NCBI GenBank assembly: GCA_048882505.1
Contig: JBHLRO010000020.1
Span: 30,001-62,000 of the forward strand
Length of the DNA: 32,000 nucleotides
DNA from: Candidatus Thorarchaeota archaeon
GTDB taxonomy: Archaea; Asgardarchaeota; Heimdallarchaeia; Hodarchaeales; Hodarchaeaceae
Direction of reading: 5' to 3'
The translations under genes and the position numbers were made by a program. Under the pieces are notes generated by a model, which worked only from the letters and a program-made list of their open reading frames with translations, made no database searches and was not told the DNA's origin. Shown one piece after another: positions 1-7,964 of this stretch; the first letter of the stretch is position 1, and every line of letters starts with the position of its first letter.

Positions 1-1291
1 TGTGGTCTTTCGATGTAGTATCAGGAAGTTGTTGGATTGTTATCATTAACGTTTCAAATTCCGGTTTAAGATCGTTTTGCAGGCCAAGTTGTAGGTATAA
101 ACGGAATAACGTGAGATAATGCGCGAATTGTTGATCGGGATTTTCCTTGATTAACACAAAAGGAGTAATTTCGCGGACATCTCCGTCTTTGCATTCTCCC
201 GTTTCCACTGTTTCTCCTATGGGCGTCTTCCATCTGGACTTTACTGAAATTGGTGCACCCCGTGCATACCTAGGATCCACAGGCTCTAGAATTTTTTCTG
301 ATAAACACTCCCAATATCTAAACTGACTTTTTTCCTCGTCTTTAACCAGCGACTCACTTCCAGAATGGCAGGATATGCAGGTGGAGACGGAATCGCCTTC
401 TACTCGATTGGTGGTTCCGCACGCAAAACAATAGAAGTAATTAAACTCCGTTAAGAATTTTCCAAATGTTCCTGTCCCCGAGACGCCCGAATCATCTGCA
501 ACTCTCCGCATCCGCGCAAAGAGAGACCCCGAATCTGCCAGCATTTCTGTTAAAGATGCCCCAAGTCCCTCTGTAGCCTTTGTTCTTTCCCGTTCTTCTT
601 GCTTTTTTAGGAGATATGCCGTCCTCTCCTCCAAGCTCATTATACTCAACATTCTGAGTTCTTTCACCCGTTCTTGCAATCGATTCCGTTCACTAGTATT
701 TAATGTCTCTAGAAAGCTCTGTGGGAGAGCCGTGATTTCCTCTAGGGTCATCTCCTCAAAATCACTGGGGAATTGGTGGTCGGGAAGAATCGCGGACGGT
801 AAGGTAGATTTAGAAGGAGGGGATGGAGGAACAGATCGCCTCGAGGGAGGGATAGGGGGTGTAGGCCGAGTGGATCTATCAGGAATTTGGACTCTGGATG
901 AGGCCATGATGTTTCGCTGGATCGCCTGGATCACTCGTTGTTCCAGCTGGTCTAGGAATCCTGCTGTTGTAGTAAACTTCTGATTCTGTTCCTTAGAAAT
1001 CTGTTCAATCTCGATCAACAGGTGCTGAGTTATCGCATCAAGGCGTGGAAAGAGTGCAGTAATGACGTCATACATTGTCCACTGTTCAACCTCAGTGAAT
1101 CGTGAATAAGGTTCGGTTGGAAACTTGGCCATTTTTGGATACAGATCGTGGGTCTCCATGTTCCGCCGTGCCCAACTCCAGATTGTGGATTTGTTTTTCG
1201 AACTACCAATCAAGGATTCCGCAATCATGGCAAAAGTTTCGCCATTTGATCTACGTTCTCGAACGACTTCTATTCGTTCTTCAAACGTCAT
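1..1291 (-). CDS. Partial (runs off left edge) multidomain protein: N-terminal HTH-like segment, coiled coil, Pro-rich linker, helical region, WH2-like motif, C4 zinc ribbon
   Basis: Manual translation gives a frame open from ATG 1291 (alternative GTG 1315) to the window edge, >430 aa: MTFEERIEVVRERRSNGETFAMIAESLIGSSKNKSTIWSWARRN...RPTPPIPPSRRSVPPSPPSK...GLGASLTEMLADSGSLFARMRRVADD...YCFACGTTNRVEGDSVSTCISCH... It is absent from the ORF track because its stop lies outside the window. Confidence 0.85.
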   Translation of the reverse strand, partial: MTFEERIEVVRERRSNGETFAMIAESLIGSSKNKSTIWSWARRNMETHDLYPKMAKFPTEPYSRFTEVEQWTMYDVITALFPRLDAITQHLLIEIEQISKEQNQKFTTTAGFLDQLEQRVIQAIQRNIMASSRVQIPDRSTRPTPPIPPSRRSVPPSPPSKSTLPSAILPDHQFPSDFEEMTLEEITALPQSFLETLNTSERNRLQERVKELRMLSIMSLEERTAYLLKKQEERERTKATEGLGASLTEMLADSGSLFARMRRVADDSGVSGTGTFGKFLTEFNYFYCFACGTTNRVEGDSVSTCISCHSGSESLVKDEEKSQFRYWECLSEKILEPVDPRYARGAPISVKSRWKTPIGETVETGECKDGDVREITPFVLIKENPDQQFAHYLTLFRLYLQLGLQNDLKPEFETLMITIQQLPDTTSKDH

Positions 1292-1352
1292 GGATTTCCA
1301 CACAGAAGATGCCACTATTTTTCACCAGATGCAAATGTAAACTCTAGAGAAA

Positions 1353-1400
1353 GTTCATGTGAACTTCGGTTCATGTTCGTACAGATGACGTTCATATTTA
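1353..1400 (-). promoter_or_regulatory. Putative promoter/operator upstream of the HTH-containing ORF
   Basis: GTTCATGT at 1353 and 1369 and GTTCATAT at 1390 (+ strand). A TGAAC-TTCG-GTTCA palindrome spans 1360-1373. An AT-rich TATA-like TTAAATA lies near 1400 on the minus strand. Confidence 0.4.
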
Positions 1401-1426
1401 ACAGTTATCAAATGCCTAAAGGGAGG

Positions 1427-1481
1427 AAAACCGCCAAGGATATTCTCAGGCGAAGACATAGCATGTCTCATTGGCGTTTTT
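1427..1481 (-). terminator. Stem-loop downstream of the GMC gene (terminator or structured RNA element)
   Basis: Arms AAAACCGCCAA (1427-1437) and TTGGCGTTTTT (1471-1481) pair with one mismatch and enclose an inner hairpin AGACAT-AGC-ATGTCT (1454-1468). Confidence 0.35.
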
Positions 1482-1591
1482 TCATGGGGAGGCAGCTGAG
1501 ATAGCAATTTTCCTAAAGAAAAGTTGGGGTGAAAACTTGTTAAGGAAATAAATATACCTGCAGAGGGCGCAATGTGAACAACAGGAAAAGC

Positions 1592-3124
1592 TTACATTCC
1601 CAGATCGGTATCAATATCATATGCGCGGGAGATGGTAGCCAAAATGGTGATCATGGGATTGACGCCCAAAGCGGTGGGCAGAACACTTCCATCAGTAATG
1701 TACACTCCAGGATAATCATGCATTTGCATAGTGGAGTCCACGACGCTCGTTTGGGGGTCCATGCCCATTCGTGCGGTCCCTAAGGGATGCGCGCTGAACA
1801 AGGAAATATGGTTAGGCCCAGATTTTAAATTCCGAATTTTGGGGATATCCTGGGGTGATTTCAACGAAATGGATCGGGAATGAGTAGTAAACGTTTCCAC
1901 AGCGCCTGCGGCGAACAAAACTTCGAGGGCATTTTCTAGTCCTTTAAGTAAATGGGATTTATCCTCCCTACATAGTTTGTACGTGATCGACAAACGGTTT
2001 TTCCTCCATCGAACTTCACCATTCGACTTTTTATTGGCGCCATCCCGTGTCAGAACGATAATTGTTCCTTTATTTCGCATTTTGCTGACTAGCTCACGTC
2101 GCTTCGGCCCTAATCCCGGAAAATACATACCCGCCATGGTAGGTTGCACGGGTGGAACTTCTAACCAGAAACCATACCCATTTCCATCTAAATTAATGTA
2201 CTCATTACTGTAGGTAGTTTGAGGAATACCATAGGATGGATCGATAATCCGTTCAAATAGCCCCAATGCTAACGTTACAGGATGAATCGTTAAGTATTTA
2301 CCTAAATTTTGATTTTTAGTCAAACTGGACTTTTGGAGAACAATTGGAGTCCAAATGGCGCTCCCCGCGATGATGAGCCGCTTGGACTTGATTTTCAAGA
2401 TGCGATCTTGGGACTGGCCATATTCTTTGCCCAAGGTGATCCCAGTAGTTACTTGTTCGTTCTTGGAAACATAGTCGATTTGTTCCGCATTGGTTCCTGT
2501 ATAAATCGTAATATTCTTGGTTGCTAGGGCGTCTTTTAAATACGTTAAGCGCATATCCTGTTTTGCATCATAATGACATCCCACTCCACAATATCCACAA
2601 CCGATGCAATTAACGGAATTGTTCCAAGTTCCGGAGCCCTTAATACCCAATTTCTTAGTCCCATCGAGAATGATTCTGTTTTGTGGGTTGTGGTCGTCAT
2701 CTGGGATTTTATGAACGCTCAATCGTTTCTCTACAGCCTTGAAATGGGTCTCCATCTTTTCAGGGGTATAGTCTTCCAACCCGAATTCGTCCGCCCACTG
2801 ATTTAACACGAAAAAGGGGGTACGTAAACAGGTCATCCAATTGACTGTCGTCGAACCACCCAGACATCGCCCTTGAAAGATTCGGACCGAGCCATCATCA
2901 GTGCTCTGGCCGGCTTGAATTTGATATAATTTTCTTAGAGACTCCCGCTCATTTTGTGTAAAATCCTCTCGAGTTACTTTGGGTCCTCTTTCGAGCATTA
3001 TGATGGAATACTTATCAGCAAGTTTGGCTGCAGAGATAGCACCGCCTGCGCCAGACCCAATGATGCATATATCAGCTTCTAGAGACGATTCATCGTTCTG
3101 AATGGTGGTGGGATCATAAATCAT
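1592..3124 (-). CDS. GMC family oxidoreductase, long-chain fatty-alcohol-oxidase-like catalytic subunit
   Basis: FAD motif IIGSGAGG, GRCLGGSTTVN, Cys cluster CIGCGYCGVGC, C-terminal SAHPLGTARMG and DGSVLPTALGVNPMITI. Start placed at ATG 3124 (MIYDP) because the longer track start overlaps the upstream gene. Confidence 0.9.
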   Translation of the reverse strand: MIYDPTTIQNDESSLEADICIIGSGAGGAISAAKLADKYSIIMLERGPKVTREDFTQNERESLRKLYQIQAGQSTDDGSVRIFQGRCLGGSTTVNWMTCLRTPFFVLNQWADEFGLEDYTPEKMETHFKAVEKRLSVHKIPDDDHNPQNRIILDGTKKLGIKGSGTWNNSVNCIGCGYCGVGCHYDAKQDMRLTYLKDALATKNITIYTGTNAEQIDYVSKNEQVTTGITLGKEYGQSQDRILKIKSKRLIIAGSAIWTPIVLQKSSLTKNQNLGKYLTIHPVTLALGLFERIIDPSYGIPQTTYSNEYINLDGNGYGFWLEVPPVQPTMAGMYFPGLGPKRRELVSKMRNKGTIIVLTRDGANKKSNGEVRWRKNRLSITYKLCREDKSHLLKGLENALEVLFAAGAVETFTTHSRSISLKSPQDIPKIRNLKSGPNHISLFSAHPLGTARMGMDPQTSVVDSTMQMHDYPGVYITDGSVLPTALGVNPMITILATISRAYDIDTDLGM

Positions 3125-3152
3125 GTCAGTAATTCCTTTTAAATTGTAATAG

Positions 3153-3617
3153 TTACCTAGATTTCCACGCTTCTTTCCCATGGAGGAGGGTGGGGGTCTC
3201 ATGCTCGCGTCCAATAGTTTTTCCTGGAAAATCCGCAAATGCACTCTCATGCGAATAATATCCCCAGGCACAAATGCTTTTTAACCCAGTAAAGGCAGAT
3301 CTGATCATAGGAAGGCGACTGCATGCAAAATTAATGACATACTTCGTCTTTTGGTCGATCTCCATGTTTGTAAAGTTTTTCAGCCGTCCAATGAAGAGGA
3401 GTCCCATAATTTTCATATTAAAAATTCTAAAAATTAATTTATACTCGTTTCTCAACCATTCAGGTGAATTGTATAAGTAATCATCAATTTCTGGAAGAAA
3501 TCCACTCCCCAATTGGTCAATCGGAACCCCGAGAATTGTTTCAGCGGCCTGTTCCAAAATGATACCTTCATGGTGAGAAAGATATTGGAAATCACCGCGT
3601 TCCCGTATATTTTCCAT
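3153..3617 (-). CDS. Small partner subunit of the GMC oxidoreductase (gluconate 2-dehydrogenase subunit 3-like / FAO N-terminal-like domain)
   Basis: Lies directly upstream of and co-oriented with the GMC gene. Motif FTNM...SRLPMIRSAFTGLKSICAWGYYS matches the R-x2-F-x2-LK-x5-YY pattern of these partner domains. A GAGG RBS precedes ATG 3617. Confidence 0.75.
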   Translation of the reverse strand: MENIRERGDFQYLSHHEGIILEQAAETILGVPIDQLGSGFLPEIDDYLYNSPEWLRNEYKLIFRIFNMKIMGLLFIGRLKNFTNMEIDQKTKYVINFACSRLPMIRSAFTGLKSICAWGYYSHESAFADFPGKTIGREHETPTLLHGKEAWKSR

Positions 3618-4044
3618 GTTCAAGCCTCGTAGGACTGAATAACATGCCATTCCTTATATCTATTTCTGACCTTCAGAGTCAAGCGTGTTCTTAACTCGGC
3701 CGATAGCTTTGACAAGCTACCATTCATCGTATGTGGACTTTCGTCAGACTGGATGAGGATTCTGGGCCACCGAAGGATATATGAAGGAGCGAGGGGAGAG
3801 CCGCTCCATTTAATATCTGTATACTACATTTCTCGTTGACTAGATCGATATAAGAAAGTCATCAATACGAGTAGAGGAAAGATTAATCTCTTGTGGGAAG
3901 CTTTTTATCTTTCAAGAATATGGTAGAAACGAACTAATGTGAGAATGACGGTATTTATCATGAGCCAAAGGCCACCGAAGCCCAAAGAAGGTAAATTTTT
4001 CGCTTTTCAGAGGCCTGAAGTGGCATCCCACATTATTAATACAA

Positions 4045-4070
4045 GGCTGCGGACATTACCATCTGCAGCC
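4045..4070 (-). terminator. Hairpin immediately after the M24 peptidase stop
   Basis: GGCTGCGGA-CATTACCA-TCTGCAGCC stem-loop abuts the stop at 4073 and is followed on the minus strand by TTGTATTAAT. Confidence 0.45.
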
Positions 4071-4072
4071 AG

Positions 4073-5299
4073 TTAATGGAACTCAGTTACAGTAATAATC
4101 TTTTTTTGTGGGGGGACGAGAAACCGACATCCGTCCTTTGTGATCACCACATTCTCTTCCAACGAGACGGTTCCATAGTGTTGAGTTTTCACATTAAGTT
4201 CGAGGGTAAACACGTTTCCTTCCTTGACCACCCCTTTCGGAGTATCGCCATATCTTTCCCATAGGGGGCCCAGAATCAGTCCCCCATCATGGACGTGTCG
4301 TCCCACCTGATGCCCGAGCGCATGTGCATATTCCTCATATCCTTGCGATTTGACAAATTCGCGAGCAATTTGATCTACAGCATAACCCGTCATCCCAGGT
4401 TTAATGGCGTCCGCGGCTTTAAGAATAGCCTGTCTCACGGTTTCAAAAGCATGCAAGAGTTCCTTAGGAATCTCAGCTTCAGTACCGAAAAACCACATTC
4501 TCTGGATATCCGAGCAATACCCCTGAAACTTCACGCCAAAATCATTGTGTAAGGTATGTCCGTGTTTGGTAAACGAATCCGCAGAAGGGCCAATATGTCC
4601 AAATTCCTTATCGGGTCCGGCATCAATCGCTGGGCAGCTTTCTTTTTGCCAGGCTTCCTTAACCCCAAACTTTTGCATTCCTTGACGGAACAACTGCTGG
4701 ATATCAACCTCTGACATCCCCGGACTAAGCTGAGACGAGACCTGTCGATTGATTTCTTCAGTGATTTCACATGCTCGGGTGATCAGATCCAGTTCGGTTT
4801 GGGTTTTTCGACCTTGGATCGCCCGAACAATCGGTTCTGCGGAGGTGAAGCAGTCGGTTTTGTCTGCCAAGATCTCGGACAGTTTTAGGTAAAGCCCGTG
4901 GGATAAGCCATCTGCTGAAATTTCATCAACTGCATAATTGAGAGCGATCTTCTTGGGATTGATTGCCCCAATAAGGTCAGTAAGAGAGCCGGAAATACCC
5001 TCTTTGTAGGGGATAACTTTGTTCCAGATGCCTTTTTGTTGTTCATGAGGAGCGTCAAAATTGCCAACAATCGCTGTTTTTGAAAATGTTTCACCCTTCG
5101 TATAAAAAACGAATGCGGATATCCAGACCACGTCATTGCCCACGATAAGATCCATGACAGGATCAGGATTAACAGAGGTTTCACGTACAAAGACCAACCA
5201 ACAATCTATGGCGTTCTCCTTCAAGATGAAAGGTAACAGAGCATGTTTTTCCCGGATAATCTGCATGCGGGTTTCAATTGGTATTTCTGCGTTTGACAT
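4073..5299 (-). CDS. M24 family Xaa-Pro peptidase (prolidase/aminopeptidase P-like)
   Basis: Pita-bread metal ligands: DFGVKFQGYCSDIQR, HALGHQVGRHVHD, TLE, SLEENVVIT. An N-terminal creatinase-like domain is present. Confidence 0.93.
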   Translation of the reverse strand: MSNAEIPIETRMQIIREKHALLPFILKENAIDCWLVFVRETSVNPDPVMDLIVGNDVVWISAFVFYTKGETFSKTAIVGNFDAPHEQQKGIWNKVIPYKEGISGSLTDLIGAINPKKIALNYAVDEISADGLSHGLYLKLSEILADKTDCFTSAEPIVRAIQGRKTQTELDLITRACEITEEINRQVSSQLSPGMSEVDIQQLFRQGMQKFGVKEAWQKESCPAIDAGPDKEFGHIGPSADSFTKHGHTLHNDFGVKFQGYCSDIQRMWFFGTEAEIPKELLHAFETVRQAILKAADAIKPGMTGYAVDQIAREFVKSQGYEEYAHALGHQVGRHVHDGGLILGPLWERYGDTPKGVVKEGNVFTLELNVKTQHYGTVSLEENVVITKDGCRFLVPPQKKIITVTEFH

Positions 5300-5615
5300 A
5301 GGGATACCTCGCCAGTTGAAGTCGGAAGAGATAAAGTGATTGAAAAAGTCTCTCCCCTGGTGAAGTTTTAAAAACTTGATATCATCCCTTTGATCGAACT
5401 TCCCCCTGTTTCAGCTCGGATGATTCGTCTAATCAAGGACGGCCAACTAACCCGAGGCTGGCCTTCAGAAAAACTCTAGGAGTTCAAGCATTATATAATG
5501 CAAGAATAATTTACGTACCCTGGGTACATGCTTTTTACAGTTTAACCAATGTTTAATGTGTAATTGACTGCAGGAAGAAATTTGTTTATTAGACAGCGAG
5601 GGCCTTCATTTTCGC

Positions 5616-6392
5616 ATGAGTTTTGTTAAAGAAAATCTGAAAGTTATTGCAATAATTGGAACGATTGTAGTGGCCTCGGGAGTGGTGATCACCGCCATAG
5701 TTCTCAATCCCCCTAATGCTCCAACGGGTAGAATCACAGTCACCTTGTTGTATAATGCGGGAGTAATGATCGAAGTAGAAGCCACCAGGATCTATATTGA
5801 TCCTTATGATTTACCATCCAGTTATTCAAATTATCCAGCGGATTTTATTCTTATCACCCACGATCATGGGGATCATTATGATCCTTCTTCGATTGATATC
5901 ATTAAAACCGAGACCACAAAATTGTTTGTGCCGGCCATTATGAGCCAAGAGGCAGCCCAATATGCGGTGGAGTCAGTTCAACCAGAAGATACGGTTGTTT
6001 GCGACGATTTTAATGTGAGCTGTTTCTATATGTACACGATGCCAGGATCTGCCGAATCGAGTCATCCTCAAGAGAGTAATTACGTCAGTTATATTATTGA
6101 GCTGGACGGCTTTACTATGTTCCACGCTGGGGATTCCTGGAATATCGATGAGTATTCACAATTGAATGGGAAGATGGATCTCGCTTTTCTACCGCTCGGA
6201 CCGGGATGTCAGACTATGACCGAAATCGATGTAGTAAGGGCAGTAGAGACGATTGAACCCAGCTACTTCATCCCGATCCATTTCACTGCGGATGCGAAGC
6301 AGCTCTTCGTGGATCTCTATAGGGCAAACGTCGAGGCCTGCGGGTGTCAATTGATTAATCTCGATTATTACGGGGCCTATGGATTTAATTGA
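5616..6392 (+). CDS. Membrane-anchored/secreted MBL-fold metallo-hydrolase
   Basis: N-terminal hydrophobic helix (VIAIIGTIVVASGVVITAIVL), HxHxDH motif THDHGDH, SHP, FHAGDS and PIH motifs. Confidence 0.9.
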   Translation: MSFVKENLKVIAIIGTIVVASGVVITAIVLNPPNAPTGRITVTLLYNAGVMIEVEATRIYIDPYDLPSSYSNYPADFILITHDHGDHYDPSSIDIIKTETTKLFVPAIMSQEAAQYAVESVQPEDTVVCDDFNVSCFYMYTMPGSAESSHPQESNYVSYIIELDGFTMFHAGDSWNIDEYSQLNGKMDLAFLPLGPGCQTMTEIDVVRAVETIEPSYFIPIHFTADAKQLFVDLYRANVEACGCQLINLDYYGAYGFN

Positions 6393-6510
6393 TGCCCGAG
6401 AATTAGGTCGGGATATGAAAGATTCTGGACATTAGCAACGGAATTGTATCAAGACTATCCGAAGTATAAACAACGAACTAACACCAGGTTCCTTCCGATC
6501 ATTGTTCCTA
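6391..6510 (+). pseudogene. Frameshifted 3' remnant of a deazaflavin (F420)-dependent nitroreductase (Ddn-like)
   Basis: Two frames joined near 6411 read DARELGR / YERFWTLATELYQDYPKYKQRTNTRFLPIIVP, matching the Ddn-family C-terminus pattern AREL..EER.R.W..A...YP.Y..YQ.RT.R.IP+VVL. No 5' part or start codon is present. Confidence 0.55.
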
Positions 6511-6589
6511 TCCAGGTTCGGGAGTCATCCAAAAAATATCGGCATCCTACTTTATCTCGGAAACCATACCTGAAAACTAAGGAGCCTAG

Positions 6590-7027
6590 CTAACTGGCCT
6601 TGCAGACCATATGAAAATGTGTTTTCGATTCACCAACCAACTGGAATCCTAACGCGGCGTAGAGCTTTTGAGCTCTGTGGTTTGTTCGGAGCACCTGGAG
6701 TTCAACATTTTTCCGAGAGTCTCGTCCCCGCAAAATCAGATCTAAAATGAGGCGCCTGCCTATCCCTTGACTTTGATATTCGGGAACTATTTCAATAACC
6801 TCCAAAAAAATCCTTTGCGAATCTTCAGAAACGGAAAGACAACCTATATCTTTATCGTCATCTTGAATAATCGAGAGCTTGGAGGGATCGAAATTTCGTT
6901 GATGATAAGCATATTGGAATTCTTCATCCCAGCCCCAGGTAGCTTCAATATATTCTTTCAAAGTTTTTTTCTTGAGAAGATAAAGAAAAGCGAAATCAGT
7001 GGGCAATGCGGGCCGTAATTTTATCAT
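6590..7027 (-). CDS. GNAT family N-acetyltransferase
   Basis: Motif A EIVPEYQSQGIGRRLI and motif B NHRAQKLYAALGF. A GGAG RBS precedes ATG 7027 (alternative TTG 7036). Confidence 0.92.
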   Translation of the reverse strand: MIKLRPALPTDFAFLYLLKKKTLKEYIEATWGWDEEFQYAYHQRNFDPSKLSIIQDDDKDIGCLSVSEDSQRIFLEVIEIVPEYQSQGIGRRLILDLILRGRDSRKNVELQVLRTNHRAQKLYAALGFQLVGESKTHFHMVCKAS

Positions 7028-7162
7028 AAACTCCAACTTACCATTTCTTTTCTATGCTGAGCAAACATAAAGTGAGGATAAAATTGGGGAGGATTCAAAT
7101 ATCATTTTTTATAACAGATGATCAAAACACCCCCACACAAAGAGATTCTAGCAGGTGATGAT

Positions 7163-7702
7163 ATGGGAGAGTATCAGGACAAAATCAAAAAGCATTTCTG
7201 GATGATGGTATGTGATAAGATTGGTGAGGTCGGCGATGTGGAGACTTATAGGGAAACGTATGAACCAATATTTCAGATAAGACCAGATAAGGCAATGAAA
7301 CTAGTTGAGGCTCAGTTTTGGTCGAAATTCTATAATTCGATAAAGGAAATACAAGACCCCGATGAATTGAGATCCCAATTGGAACCAGCAGTCCAAATTG
7401 AAGGGCGGCGGGTCAAAGACCATATCTGGAGTTTATTAAGTTTCTCTCTAAGTAAAAAGGATGATAAAGATACCTTCAGAGAAGTTTTAGAACCATTGAT
7501 CAAAATAAACTACAAAGAAGCGGTCATTTTGGTTGAAGATCACTTATGGAAAACACTTTATAGCGTAACAAAAAAATTAAAGGATCCAAAAGAATTAGGG
7601 GCGCAATTAGAACCAATCCTTAAAATTGATATTAAACGTGCTGCAAACGCGATAAAAGAAGAGAATCCAGAAAAGTATAAGTTCCTACAGATCTACAAGT
7701 AG
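7163..7702 (+). CDS. Hypothetical alpha-helical tandem-repeat protein (four repeats of 40/36/40/36 aa)
   Basis: A GGTGA RBS precedes ATG 7163. All four repeats carry invariant W, D, EP and I at identical spacing. Confidence 0.8.
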   Translation: MGEYQDKIKKHFWMMVCDKIGEVGDVETYRETYEPIFQIRPDKAMKLVEAQFWSKFYNSIKEIQDPDELRSQLEPAVQIEGRRVKDHIWSLLSFSLSKKDDKDTFREVLEPLIKINYKEAVILVEDHLWKTLYSVTKKLKDPKELGAQLEPILKIDIKRAANAIKEENPEKYKFLQIYK

Positions 7703-7964
7703 GCTAAGGAAACATTAAGAAGGGAGACTAGGGCTGGCCTGCTGTTAGTTTTAATGGGAAGCAGGAATGCGTAAACTGGACGGAATGCCAGGACGCAATC
7801 TATGGCATGTGATCGGAAAATTGTCTCATTTTAGATCTTCACACCGTATAAAATGTCTGTAAACCCGTTAAGGTATGTCCTGTATTGATTTTGAAGTCGG
7901 AGGAACGGGGACCTGTTCGGTATTGAAAAAATTTAATAAAAATAAACACCGTGATTTAAAATAG

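Noticed and set aside
1316-1380. In-frame TGA codons upstream of the left-edge ORF (possible selenocysteine readthrough)
   Set aside because: Two TGAs occur in non-conserved-looking sequence that coincides with the promoter repeats. There is no redox motif or recognisable SECIS.
3125-3271. N-terminal extension of the tracked 559-aa GMC ORF
   Set aside because: Overlaps the 3' end of the partner gene in another frame. ATG 3124 gives a normal GMC N-terminus.
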